Source: Pseudomonadota bacterium
GTDB lineage: Bacteria; Pseudomonadota; Gammaproteobacteria; JAKAQQ01
NCBI GenBank assembly: GCA_021810635.1
Contig: JAJZIH010000011.1
Span: 1,422-65,421 of the forward strand
Length of the DNA stretch: 64,000 nucleotides
Direction of reading: 5' to 3'
Of the stretch, positions 1 through 9,182 are shown piece by piece. Numbering within the stretch: the stretch's first letter is position 1; every line of letters starts with the position of its first letter. The position numbers and the translations under genes were made by a program. The notes beneath the pieces were generated by a model. The model was given only the letters and a program-made list of their open reading frames with translations. It was not told the origin of the DNA and searched no databases.

Positions 1-80
1 CACCCGGTTTCGGGCGCAGATTGCAAAGGGCCCCAACCGTGGGCGGATCCGCATGCGGGTCGTCCCCTGCATCGGCCCGG

Positions 81-115
81 CCTGAATAATCCGGCGCAAT
101 GGGGGATAATTCAGG
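81..115. promoter_or_regulatory. Imperfect inverted repeat CCTGAATAAT-N15-ATAATTCAGG upstream of the SDR/ETF operon; candidate operator
   Basis: Read directly: 81-90 cctgaataat and 106-115 ataattcagg are reverse complements with one mismatch. The repeat lies about 40 bp upstream of the ATG at 155. Confidence 0.3.
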
Positions 116-154
116 AACCGGTCCGTTCGGATCGATGAGGGGAGTCTCTGAGCC

Positions 155-922
155 ATGCGATTCGAAAAGATCACGGCCGTGGTGAGTGGAGGTGCATCCG
201 GACTGGGACGTGCCGTGGCCGACCGCGTGCTGGAGGCGGGTGGGCGGGTGACCCTCCTGGATGTGGCGCGGGAGGCTGGCGAGCGTTTCGCCTCCGAGGT
301 TCCGGGGCGGGTGCTCTTCGTCCCGACGGACGTGCGCGAGGGAGCCCAGGTGGATGCGGCACTGGTCCGTGCTCGGGAGTTTCTCGGGCGGATCGATCTG
401 GCCGTTGCCTGTGCTGGCGTGATCGGTGCGGGACGGGTGCTGGGACGGGAGGGGCCGATGCCCTCGGAAGCGTTCCAGCGGACGATCGGCATCAATCTCG
501 TCGGTACCTTCCATCTGGTCCGGGCGGCGGCCGGCCTCATGCAGGCGCAGGATCCGAACGGAGAGGGGGAGCGGGGCGTCTGCGTGCTGACGGCTTCGGT
601 GGCGGCCTTTGAGGGTCAGATCGGCCAGGCGGCCTATTCGGCCTCGAAAGGAGGGGTGGTTGGCATGACGCTGCCCTTGGCCCGCGAGTTGGCCCGGTTG
701 GGCATCCGGGTCGTGACCATTGCTCCCGGCATTTTCGAGACCCCCATGGTTGGCGGGATGACTCCGGAGCTCCAGGCCTCGCTCGCCGCCCAGATCCCTT
801 TCCCGCCGCGGCTCGGCCGGGCCTCCGAATACGCCGACTTGGTCCGCGCCATCGTCGAAAATCCCATGCTGAACGGCACCACGATCCGGTTGGACGGCGC
901 CGTCCGCATGCAGCCCAAGTGA
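155..922 (+). CDS. Short-chain dehydrogenase/reductase, 3-hydroxyacyl-CoA (3-hydroxy-2-methylbutyryl-CoA) dehydrogenase type-2-like
   Basis: N-terminal Rossmann motif VSGGASGLG and the catalytic YSASK motif. Length of 255 aa and overall similarity to HSD17B10-type SDRs. Operon context with ETF/ETF-QO. Confidence 0.8.
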   Translation: MRFEKITAVVSGGASGLGRAVADRVLEAGGRVTLLDVAREAGERFASEVPGRVLFVPTDVREGAQVDAALVRAREFLGRIDLAVACAGVIGAGRVLGREGPMPSEAFQRTIGINLVGTFHLVRAAAGLMQAQDPNGEGERGVCVLTASVAAFEGQIGQAAYSASKGGVVGMTLPLARELARLGIRVVTIAPGIFETPMVGGMTPELQASLAAQIPFPPRLGRASEYADLVRAIVENPMLNGTTIRLDGAVRMQPK

Positions 923-937
923 TCCGGCCGGGATCTC

Positions 938-2536
938 GTGACCGAAGCTGACCGCCTCCGCTACGATGTGCTCGTCATCGGTGCGGGCCCGGCGGGCCTG
1001 GCCTGTGCACTCACGCTCAAGCGCGAGAAGCCCGAGCTTTCGGTCGCCGTGCTCGAAAAGGCGGCAAGCCTGGGTGCCCATAGCCTGTCGGGTGCCGTGA
1101 TCGAGCCCGCCTGGGTCGACCGCCTCCTGCCCGGCTGGCGCGACGATCCGCTCGACATCCAAGTGCCGGTTTCCCGCGACCGTTTCGCCTGGCTCAGCCA
1201 TGGCCGCGCCTTCCGGCTTCCCACCCCGCCCCAGATGCACAACGCCGGCAACTGGATCGTCTCGCTCGGTGCGCTCGTGCGACGGCTTGGCGCGGCGGCC
1301 GAGAGCGCCGGTGTCGAAATCTTTCCCGGCTTTGCCGCCACCCAGCCCCTCTGGGACCGGGCGGGAGCTCTTGCGGGGGTCCGCGTGGGCGATCTCGGGC
1401 GGACCCGCGAGGGAGCCCCGGGACCGAACTTCTCCCCGGGAGTCGAGGTCCGGGCCGGTGTCACCGTCCTCGCCGAGGGCTGCCGCGGCAGTCTTTCCCG
1501 GACGCTCATCCGCCATTTCGGGCTCGATCAGGGGAAAAGCCCGCAGACCTACGCGCTCGGTCTCAAGGAACTCTGGCAACTGCCGCCCGGCCGGACCGTT
1601 CCCGGATCCGTCCTCCATACCGTGGGCTGGCCGCTTCCCACCGACCTCTACGGGGGCGGGTTCGTCTATCACCTGGACCGGGACCGGCTCGCGATCGGAT
1701 TCGTTGTGGGACTCGATTACGAAGATCCGGATTTCTCCCCCTTCGAGGCCTTCCAGCAGTTCAAGCACCATCCGGGTCTCGTGGGCCTCTTCGAAGGCGG
1801 CGAGATCCTGTCCGCCGGGGCCCGGACCCTCATCGAGGGCGGCTATCCGGCGCTCCCCACACTCGAGATGCCGGGAGGACTCCTCGTGGGCGATGCCGCC
1901 GGAACCCTGAACGTTCCCAAGATCAAGGGGGTCCACATGGCGTTGGGCTCGGGAATCCGGGCGGCCTTGCATCTCATCCAAAACGGCGGCCCCGAGGGCT
2001 TCGACCAAAACTTCCGGCACTCGGAGGCGGGCCGGGAACTTTGGCGGGTCCGCAACATCCGGCCGGGATTCCGGGCGGGACTCTGGGTTGGGCTCGCCAA
2101 TGCCGCCGTCGAGACCGTGACGGGGGGACGGGTGCCCTGGACGCTCACGAATGCCGACGACTGGCGGAGTCTCAAGCCGCGCGGTCCGGTCCCCCGCCCG
2201 CACCGCCGCTACCGGACCCGGATCCTGCCTCCGGCCGACCGCCTCGCCTTCGTCGACCTGGCCGCGCTCCACCATGAGGAAAACCAGCCGGTCCACTTGC
2301 AGGTCGCCGATCCCGCGCTCTGCGTGAGCCAATGCAGTGCCCGTTTCGGAAATCCCTGTACCCGGTTCTGTCCGGCCGGCGTCTACGAGATCGTGACCGA
2401 CGCCGGCGGATCGCGCCTCCAGATCAATGCCGCGAACTGCGTCCACTGCAAGGCCTGCGACATCAAGGATCCGTACGAACTCATCACCTGGGTCCCGCCC
2501 GAGGGAGGGTCGGGGCCGAACTACGCCAACCTCTGA
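938..2536 (+). CDS. Electron transfer flavoprotein-ubiquinone oxidoreductase (ETF-QO)
   Basis: GTG start. FAD motif VIGAGPAGLACA. C-terminal 4Fe-4S cysteine cluster (CSARFGNPCTRFCPAGVYE...CVHCKACDIKDP), typical of ETF-QO. 532 aa. Confidence 0.9.
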   Translation: MTEADRLRYDVLVIGAGPAGLACALTLKREKPELSVAVLEKAASLGAHSLSGAVIEPAWVDRLLPGWRDDPLDIQVPVSRDRFAWLSHGRAFRLPTPPQMHNAGNWIVSLGALVRRLGAAAESAGVEIFPGFAATQPLWDRAGALAGVRVGDLGRTREGAPGPNFSPGVEVRAGVTVLAEGCRGSLSRTLIRHFGLDQGKSPQTYALGLKELWQLPPGRTVPGSVLHTVGWPLPTDLYGGGFVYHLDRDRLAIGFVVGLDYEDPDFSPFEAFQQFKHHPGLVGLFEGGEILSAGARTLIEGGYPALPTLEMPGGLLVGDAAGTLNVPKIKGVHMALGSGIRAALHLIQNGGPEGFDQNFRHSEAGRELWRVRNIRPGFRAGLWVGLANAAVETVTGGRVPWTLTNADDWRSLKPRGPVPRPHRRYRTRILPPADRLAFVDLAALHHEENQPVHLQVADPALCVSQCSARFGNPCTRFCPAGVYEIVTDAGGSRLQINAANCVHCKACDIKDPYELITWVPPEGGSGPNYANL

Positions 2537-2544
2537 GGAATGCC

Positions 2545-3297
2545 ATGGCCCCCATGAAGATCCTGGTCGCTGCCAAGCGAGTGGTCGACTACAGCGTGCG
2601 CGTCCGCCTCACCCCCGACCGGACGGGCATTGCGAGTGACGGCGTCAAGATGTCGGTCAATCCCTTCGATGAGATCGCCCTCGAGGAAGCGCTCCGCATC
2701 CGTGAGCGGGGAGAGGCCACCCAAGTCGTGGTCGCAACGGTGGGTCCGCCCGAGGCCGAGTCCCAGATCCGGAGCCTCTTGGCCATGGGAGCTGACCGGG
2801 GCATCCACGTCGAGACCGGCCGGGAGACCGCCCCGCTCGAGGTGGCCCATGTCCTGTTTCGCCTGGTCCAGGAAATCGGACCGGGACTGGTCATCCTGGG
2901 CAAGCAGGCGATCGACGACGATTGCGGCCAGACCGGTCCCATGCTGGCGGCACTCTGGGACCGCCCCCAGGCCACGTATGTTTCGAAGCTCACGCTCTCG
3001 GAGGGCCGGGTGCAGGCGGTCCGCGAGGTGGATCACGGACTGGAAACCGTGGAACTCGTCCTGCCCGCCGTGATCACGACCGACCTCAGGCTCAATACCC
3101 CCCGTTTCATCAAGATGCCCGACATCATGAAGGCCCGCCAGAAGCCGCTCGAAAAACGACCGTTCGACGGCTTCGGGCTCGACCTCCCGCGCCTGACGGT
3201 GGAAGCCTATCTGCCGCCGCCCGAGCGCGAGGCGGGCCTCCGTCTCGAGTCGGTGGCGGAACTCGTGACTCGTCTCCACGATCGGGGGGTGCTCTGA
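2545..3297 (+). CDS. etfB: Electron transfer flavoprotein beta subunit
   Basis: MAPMKILVAAKRVVDYSVRVRL...VKMSVNPFDEIALEEA is the canonical EtfB N-terminus. This is an internal in-frame start of the 2332..3297 ORF. The upstream extension overlaps ETF-QO and looks non-coding. Confidence 0.9.
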   Translation: MAPMKILVAAKRVVDYSVRVRLTPDRTGIASDGVKMSVNPFDEIALEEALRIRERGEATQVVVATVGPPEAESQIRSLLAMGADRGIHVETGRETAPLEVAHVLFRLVQEIGPGLVILGKQAIDDDCGQTGPMLAALWDRPQATYVSKLTLSEGRVQAVREVDHGLETVELVLPAVITTDLRLNTPRFIKMPDIMKARQKPLEKRPFDGFGLDLPRLTVEAYLPPPEREAGLRLESVAELVTRLHDRGVL

Positions 3298-4271
3298 TGG
3301 ACGCGACCCTGGTCATGGCCGAGGCGCAAGAGGGAACGGTGCCCCTCGCCGAGGCGACGCTCAAGACGCTGGCCGTCGCCCGGAAGATCGGGGCCGGTCC
3401 ACTCGACATCGCCTGGACTGGCACGAGCCTGGATCCCCTGCTCGGCCAGGCGCGGACCCTGGCCGGCATCCGGCGGCACCTCGTCTTCGATGACCCGCGC
3501 CTCACGCACCCCACAGCCGACGTCATGGCCGCCCTCGTCGGGGATCTCGTCAGGGATTACAGCCACGTCCTCATGCCGGGAACCAGTTTCGGCCGTGATG
3601 TCCTGCCGCGTCTCGCGGGCCGCGTGGGCGCGCCCGCCGTCAGCGATGTGCTCGAGGTGCTCGATCCGAGACGCTTCAAGCGTGGCCTCTATGCCGGCAA
3701 CGTCCACGCGGTCGTCCGCGTCCCGGACGGAGTGCCGGTTCTGCTCACGGTCCGCCTGGCCTCCTGGCGACCCGTCACTGCCGAGAAAGAGGCCCAGCCA
3801 GCCGGGATCGAGAAGCGGGAGGTGCCCGCTGACCTCCCCACGGAGGCCCGGTTCGTGGGGCTCGAACGCGACGCCAGCGCGCGGCCCGATCTTCAGTCGG
3901 CGCGGCGGGTGGTCTCCGGAGGGCGATCGTTTGGCAGCCGCGAGAACTTCGCCCTGCTCGAGGGGCTGGCCGACCGTCTCAACGCCGCCATCGGTGCCTC
4001 GCGGGCGGCCGTCGATGCGGGCTATGCGCCGAACGACCTCCAGGTGGGCCAGACCGGCAAGATCATCGCCCCCGAGCTTTACATGGCCTTTGGCATTTCG
4101 GGAGCGATCCAGCACCTGACCGGCATCCGCGATGCCGGAACCATCGTGGCCGTGAACAAGGATCCCGAGGCTCCGATCTTCAAGGTGGCCGATTTCGGGC
4201 TCGTGGGCGATCTCTTCGAGGTGATCCCGGCCCTTCTGGCCGAGCTCGAACGGCAGGGGATCGCTCGTTGA
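3297..4271 (+). CDS. etfA: Electron transfer flavoprotein alpha subunit
   Basis: The ATG overlaps the etfB TGA (ATGA-type coupling). C-terminal FAD-binding signature ELYMAFGISGAIQHLTGI...AVNKDPEAPIF. Confidence 0.9.
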   Translation: MDATLVMAEAQEGTVPLAEATLKTLAVARKIGAGPLDIAWTGTSLDPLLGQARTLAGIRRHLVFDDPRLTHPTADVMAALVGDLVRDYSHVLMPGTSFGRDVLPRLAGRVGAPAVSDVLEVLDPRRFKRGLYAGNVHAVVRVPDGVPVLLTVRLASWRPVTAEKEAQPAGIEKREVPADLPTEARFVGLERDASARPDLQSARRVVSGGRSFGSRENFALLEGLADRLNAAIGASRAAVDAGYAPNDLQVGQTGKIIAPELYMAFGISGAIQHLTGIRDAGTIVAVNKDPEAPIFKVADFGLVGDLFEVIPALLAELERQGIAR

Positions 4272-6202
4272 GCGAAATCCTGTGGAGCCCGGGGCCGGCC
4301 GAGCGGGCCCGAAGCGCGCTCGCCCGTTTCCAGAAAAACCTGAACCGGCGTGGCGAAGCCGTCGGGGACGACTACGGCACCCTCTGGCAATGGTCGATCG
4401 ATCATCCGGAACGCTTCTGGCCGGCGGTGGCGGACTTTTTCCGGGTCCGGTTCGAAGGCCGGGCCCAAGCCGTCCTCGGGGGACCCATGCCCGAGACCCG
4501 CTGGTTTGAGGGGGTGCGGCTCAACTATGCACGGCACCTGGTCGAGACGCCGCGCCCCGGAGGACTGGCGCTCATCTTCCGCAACGAGGAGGGGGCGCGG
4601 AGCACGCTGACCGATGGCGGGCTCCGGGACGCCGTGGCCGCCCTCGCCTCCGATTTCAGGGCCGCCGGGGTCGGGCCGGGCGACCGGGTGGCCGCCTACC
4701 TTCCGAATCATCCGGCGGCGCTCGTGACGATGCTCGCCTCCTCGAGCCTCGGCGCGGTGTTCACGAGCGCTTCACCCGATTTCGGCGTCGACGGGGTCCT
4801 GGACCGCTTTGGCCAGGTGGCCCCCAAGGTCCTGGTGGCCGTCGACGGTTACCCCTATGCCGGGGTGCGCTATGACGTCCGGGGACGGGTCCGGTCCATC
4901 GCCGCGCGCCTGCCCACGCTGGTCCGCACGGTCGTGGTGCCGTACCTCATGGCGGGGGCCGATCTTTCGGGGCTTCCCAACGCCGTCGCCTATCCCGATC
5001 TCCTGAAACGATCGCCCGGAACTCTCCCGTACGCCGATCTCCCCTTCGACCACCCTCTCTATATCCTCTATTCCTCCGGGACGACCGGCCAACCCAAGTG
5101 CATGATCCACCGGCAGGGAGGAGTGCTCCTCCAGCATCTCAAGGAAGTGGGGCTTCATACCGACGTGGGGGCGGGCGATCGCCTGTTCTATTTCACGACC
5201 ACGGGCTGGATGATGTGGAACTGGATGGCGAGCGCCCTCGCCCTCGGTGCGACCCTTCTGCTCTATGACGGCTCCCCCGTCCATCCCCGCACGGACGCCC
5301 TTCTCGACCTGATCGACGAGGAGGAGATCGGAACCTTCGGGACGAGTGCCCGTTTCCTCCGGACCCTGGAAAAAAGCCGCGTGAAACGTCGTGCCGATGG
5401 GGATCTGGCTCGTCTCCGGACGATTCTTTCGACGGGATCTCCGCTCCTCGCCGACCAGTTCGACTATGTCTACCGCGATCTCAAGCCGGATGTCCGGCTG
5501 AACTCGATCTCCGGCGGGACCGATATCGTCTCCTGCTTCGTCCTGGGAACCCCGACGCTGCCCATCCGCCGTGGCGAGATCCAGTGCCGCGGACTCGGCA
5601 TGGCGGTCGAGGTTGACGACCCCTCGGGCCGCCCCGTCGTGGGCGAACGGGGCGAGCTCGTCTGCACGCGTCCGTTCCCGACCCTCCCGCTCGGGTTCTG
5701 GAACGATCCGGAGGGGGAGCGCTACCGGGCCGCCTATTTCGCGCGCTTTCCCGGCATCTGGTGCCATGGGGATTTTGCCGCGCTCACCGCCCAGGGAGGA
5801 GTGGTCATTTACGGTCGCTCCGACACCGTCCTCAATCCCGGCGGCGTGCGCATCGGCACTGCCGAAATCTACCGGCAGGTCGAGGCGTTCGACGAGATTG
5901 CGGAAGCCGTGGTCGTGGGAGAACCCGACGGGGAAGGTTCCGAACGGATCCTGTTGTTCGTCGTCCTCAGGCCGGGTGCCGCCCTCGACGAGGAGCTTGC
6001 GCGGCGCATCCGCGAGCGGATCCGCTCTGCGCTCACGTCCCGGCACGTGCCGGCCCGCATCCTGGCCGTTCCGGACATCCCCCGAACGAGGAGCGGAAAG
6101 ATCAGCGAGATGGCCGTGCGCCAAGTGGTTTGCGGGGAGGAGGTGACCAACACGGGTGCGTTGGCCAACCCGGAATCCCTCGAGGCCTTCCGCAACCGGT
6201 AG
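4268..6202 (+). CDS. Acetoacetyl-CoA synthetase (acetoacetate-CoA ligase)
   Basis: TTG start overlapping the etfA stop. AMP-binding motif YILYSSGTTGQPKCM. C-terminal PRTRSGKISE. Length of 644 aa and an LW.P N-terminus typical of AACS. Confidence 0.85.
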   Translation: MSEILWSPGPAERARSALARFQKNLNRRGEAVGDDYGTLWQWSIDHPERFWPAVADFFRVRFEGRAQAVLGGPMPETRWFEGVRLNYARHLVETPRPGGLALIFRNEEGARSTLTDGGLRDAVAALASDFRAAGVGPGDRVAAYLPNHPAALVTMLASSSLGAVFTSASPDFGVDGVLDRFGQVAPKVLVAVDGYPYAGVRYDVRGRVRSIAARLPTLVRTVVVPYLMAGADLSGLPNAVAYPDLLKRSPGTLPYADLPFDHPLYILYSSGTTGQPKCMIHRQGGVLLQHLKEVGLHTDVGAGDRLFYFTTTGWMMWNWMASALALGATLLLYDGSPVHPRTDALLDLIDEEEIGTFGTSARFLRTLEKSRVKRRADGDLARLRTILSTGSPLLADQFDYVYRDLKPDVRLNSISGGTDIVSCFVLGTPTLPIRRGEIQCRGLGMAVEVDDPSGRPVVGERGELVCTRPFPTLPLGFWNDPEGERYRAAYFARFPGIWCHGDFAALTAQGGVVIYGRSDTVLNPGGVRIGTAEIYRQVEAFDEIAEAVVVGEPDGEGSERILLFVVLRPGAALDEELARRIRERIRSALTSRHVPARILAVPDIPRTRSGKISEMAVRQVVCGEEVTNTGALANPESLEAFRNR

Positions 6203-6208
6203 CGCGCC

Positions 6209-6235
6209 CCGGATCTGGACGACGGATCCGGTTTT
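6209..6235 (+). terminator. Putative rho-independent terminator after the acetoacetyl-CoA synthetase gene
   Basis: Stem CCGGATC (6209-6215) / GATCCGG (6225-6231) with a 9-nt loop, followed by TTTT (6232-6235). It begins 7 nt after the stop codon. Confidence 0.5.
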
Positions 6236-6301
6236 CCGGACGCTCGCGGGAGGGCCAGCAATCACCGGATCCCGCCTGACGGTCAGTTGGGCCTGAAACC
6301 T

Positions 6302-8377
6302 TCAATGCGCAACTTTCGTTTTCCGAGGTGGCCGGGTCACGGCGAAAGGAGACGACCGCCGGGGGTGGGGGGAGGCGGTTGTCCGGGTTTTCCCCGAAGG
6401 GGGTTTCCGGGCGGAGCGGATTTTCGCCGCCAGCGCATGGATGTCCGGGCCCAGCCGGCCCATCCAGTTCATGGATTTGAGCAGGGCGAGATCGCGGCGG
6501 GCGGCTTTCACGTTGCCCATGGCGAGATCGATCGAAGCCAGGTTGATCCGGTACTGGGGAACCCCGGGGTTGAGGTGGGCGGCCTCGGCATTGAGCCGGC
6601 GGATCGGGGCCAGGGGCAGGTGGTCATCGAACCTCCAGTTGCCGTCCAGGACGAGCAGGTTCCCTTTGATGAAGGGGAGCCGGTCGATTCGCGGACTGTC
6701 GAGTGCGGCCTGGAACAGGGCCTTCATCCAGGGAGGGGGGAGATGACAGTGGTGGTTGGTTTCGCAGATGACGATCCCCTGGAGCGCTTCGAGGTCGCTC
6801 ACCGTGAGCACCCGGGACCGGAGTTTCGCCTCCATCGTGGAAAACCAGCGGGCTTCGGTCGGGTGCCCGGTTTCCTGGCTCAGGATCACCTTGGCGGCAT
6901 CGGGCAGGAGATCGGCGTTGGGCAGCCGGCCCGCCCGGTCGAGGGCGACCACGGCGGCCGGATAGAGCTTGGCATCGCCACCGATCGTGAGGTCGCTCAG
7001 TTCCTCTCCGAGGAAATAGGCCGCTCTCGGCGAATGCGGGTGGAATACCGCCTGGTCGATCGCCAGGGTGATGTTGTTGCGCCAAGCCCAGGCCCACTGG
7101 GCGGTCACGGAAGCGTAGAAGGCAATCAGCAGGACGGACACGGCCCTCCGTGCGATTCGGTGACGGCCGCGCGGTGCGGCCAGAAGGAGCAGCGAGAAGA
7201 CGACGAGGACGAGCCCCCAGTCCGCCAGGTAGTTGCGCTGCTCGAAGACGAGCTCGAGGGGGAAGATCGTCGATTCCATGAGCTGGCCGGCAAAGAACCA
7301 GCCGATGCCGAGGGCGGCGAGCGGGTTTTTCCGGCGCAGGAGAAAGGCCAGGACGAGCAGGAGCGCGAGAGCGAGGGCGGACAAGAAGGTCGAGGGCGGG
7401 GTGAGCCAGCCCGAGGATGGGGTCAGGTGGTGAAAAACCGTAAAGTCGGCCAGCGAGGGCAGAAGCGCCCAACCGATATAGTGGAGAACCACGCGGTTTT
7501 CGCTGAGCAGCCGCTCTGCGAGGGTGAAGGGCCGGCCGGCATAGCTCAAAAGACCGGTTTCGTACGTCCAGGCGAGTCCGGCGAGTCCGGGCAGGACGAG
7601 GAAGCCGAGATAGAAGAAGAGGATCCCCCGGCTCGTTCGCCCCGACGGGTCCTTGAAACGAAACAGCAGGGCCTCGAGGAGGAGGGTATAGACGGGAAGC
7701 AGGGCGCCGGATTCCTTGGACAGGGTCGCGAGCACGAGGAAGGCGGCAAAACCGGCGACCAGTCGCCCCCCGCCGCCGCCGCGTTCGAGCTGGCGTTCGC
7801 GGGCGCTGATGTAGAACCAGGCGCCTGCAATCGTGAAAGCAGCTGCCAGGGCCGCTTCGCGCTGGACGACATAGAGCACGGAGGTGAGGTTGAGCGGCAG
7901 GAGGAGCCAGGCGGCCACCACGGCCAGAGCCGTGTAGTCGATCTCGCAATCCGTCCAGTCGGTGGACCAGCGCCTCCGTCCGATTCTGAGGAGCTTCCGG
8001 GTGAATCCGAGCAGCAGGAGCCCGTTGACGAGCTCGAGTGCGAGGTTGGTGATCTTGAAGGAAAGGGGCCCCTGTCCGAAAAACGTCCGGTCGAGCGCAA
8101 AGGTGAGCATGCTGATCGGACGGCGAAGCGGCCCGGCATCGAAGGAGAAAGCCGCATGCATGACCGCCCCGTAACTCCAGGGGTGGATGAAAAGTGCCGG
8201 GTTCTGGACGATGTTCGTGAGGTCGTCCAGAACCCAGCCGCCGGAAAGTCCCGGCGCGTAGACCAGAGCCGTAAGACCGAAGGCCAGAAACGCGAGGATT
8301 CCCCAGAGATGGCGGCGGATGGCCACGGTCCAGAGGCGGGCTCCCCCGGCAACGGTCGGGACGGAGGGCCGTCTCAC
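6302..8377 (-). CDS. Polytopic GT-C type (PMT/TMTC-like) glycosyltransferase-family membrane protein with C-terminal TPR region
   Basis: 691 aa with about 10 or more hydrophobic segments. An acidic loop motif, GGWVLDDLTNIV, follows TM1, as in PMT/TMTC-type GT-C enzymes. The soluble C-terminal ~250 aa have TPR-like helical repeats. The GTG start overlaps the stop of the upstream methyltransferase gene (GTGA). Confidence 0.6.
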   Translation of the reverse strand: MRRPSVPTVAGGARLWTVAIRRHLWGILAFLAFGLTALVYAPGLSGGWVLDDLTNIVQNPALFIHPWSYGAVMHAAFSFDAGPLRRPISMLTFALDRTFFGQGPLSFKITNLALELVNGLLLLGFTRKLLRIGRRRWSTDWTDCEIDYTALAVVAAWLLLPLNLTSVLYVVQREAALAAAFTIAGAWFYISARERQLERGGGGGRLVAGFAAFLVLATLSKESGALLPVYTLLLEALLFRFKDPSGRTSRGILFFYLGFLVLPGLAGLAWTYETGLLSYAGRPFTLAERLLSENRVVLHYIGWALLPSLADFTVFHHLTPSSGWLTPPSTFLSALALALLLVLAFLLRRKNPLAALGIGWFFAGQLMESTIFPLELVFEQRNYLADWGLVLVVFSLLLLAAPRGRHRIARRAVSVLLIAFYASVTAQWAWAWRNNITLAIDQAVFHPHSPRAAYFLGEELSDLTIGGDAKLYPAAVVALDRAGRLPNADLLPDAAKVILSQETGHPTEARWFSTMEAKLRSRVLTVSDLEALQGIVICETNHHCHLPPPWMKALFQAALDSPRIDRLPFIKGNLLVLDGNWRFDDHLPLAPIRRLNAEAAHLNPGVPQYRINLASIDLAMGNVKAARRDLALLKSMNWMGRLGPDIHALAAKIRSARKPPSGKTRTTASPHPRRSSPFAVTRPPRKTKVAH

Positions 8378-8997
8378 GGTTCCGGGCTTCGGTCGGGGTT
8401 GTGGACGAGATGCGGCACGAGGGCGGGGGTCGACCGGCGAAAACTCTCGAAATCCGGCCCGAAACGCTCAGCCAAGAGTTTCTCCTCTCCGGTGATTTTG
8501 AGCCAGAGGGCGGCCAGGATCAGGAGCCAGAGTGCAATCCAGCGCGGCGGGAGCCCCAGCGCGATCACGGTCCCGGCCAGGGCCAGAAGCAGGCCCGTGT
8601 AGATGGGGTGGCGGACCATCCGGTAGGGCCCCTTCCGCACGAGTTCGTGTCCGCTCCGGAGGACGGCCATCCCGCTCCAGTTCCGGTTGAGCGCGATGCG
8701 GGCCCAGATCGAGAAAGCAAAGCCGGTGGCAGAGACGAGAAGGCCGGGGAGGGCGAGGGCGTGAGGAAGGAGCGGGCGATCCCACCAGCCGAGGACCGGG
8801 CGGAGGTTCCAGATGAGGACTGCTGGAATCGCGAGGAGGAGCACGGACAAGCGGGTGGTGCGCCACTCGCGCCGCTCGACCGGCCGCCGTTTGATGCCTG
8901 CGGTCCAGACGGCGGCGGCGAGCCAGACGGTGGCCCAGAGGAGCCACAAAAAACCGACAAGCCACGAGACCGGGTGTGCGGAAAAGGCGTGGAACAT
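8374..8997 (-). CDS. Isoprenylcysteine carboxyl / phospholipid methyltransferase (ICMT/PEMT) family membrane protein
   Basis: Multi-TM protein carrying the ...GPYRMVRHPIYTGLLLALAGTVIALG... family signature. The internal start MFHAF (8997) was chosen. The 67-aa upstream extension to 9198 is Arg/Gly/Pro-rich, runs across the pilin terminator and overlaps the pilin stop. Confidence 0.65.
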   Translation of the reverse strand: MFHAFSAHPVSWLVGFLWLLWATVWLAAAVWTAGIKRRPVERREWRTTRLSVLLLAIPAVLIWNLRPVLGWWDRPLLPHALALPGLLVSATGFAFSIWARIALNRNWSGMAVLRSGHELVRKGPYRMVRHPIYTGLLLALAGTVIALGLPPRWIALWLLILAALWLKITGEEKLLAERFGPDFESFRRSTPALVPHLVHNPDRSPEP

Positions 8998-9125
8998 GGC
9001 GCTCCCTCGGGTTTCCGTCATTGTAACGAATCCGGTCCGGGTCTCGGGCGGGGCAGGCCCACCCGATCGGACGATTTCACCGAAAGGACACGATCCGGAC
9101 CCCGCCGCCCCGGGGAGTCCTGGCC

Positions 9126-9151
9126 AAAAAAAGCCCCGCTTGCGCGGGGCT
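9126..9151 (-). terminator. Rho-independent terminator of the downstream pilin gene
   Basis: On the minus strand: perfect 8-bp stem AGCCCCGC/GCGGGGCT with a 4-nt loop, followed directly by a run of 7 T. It lies about 30 nt after the pilin stop codon. Confidence 0.8.
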
Positions 9152-9182
9152 AGATTTCTTCCAGAGGAGATCCGATCGATGG

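Noticed and set aside
6287-8602. 771-aa plus-strand ORF
   Set aside because: It lies antisense to the GT-C membrane protein and methyltransferase genes. The translation is Gly/Arg/Glu/Pro-rich low-complexity sequence with no recognisable domain, a typical high-GC antisense artefact.
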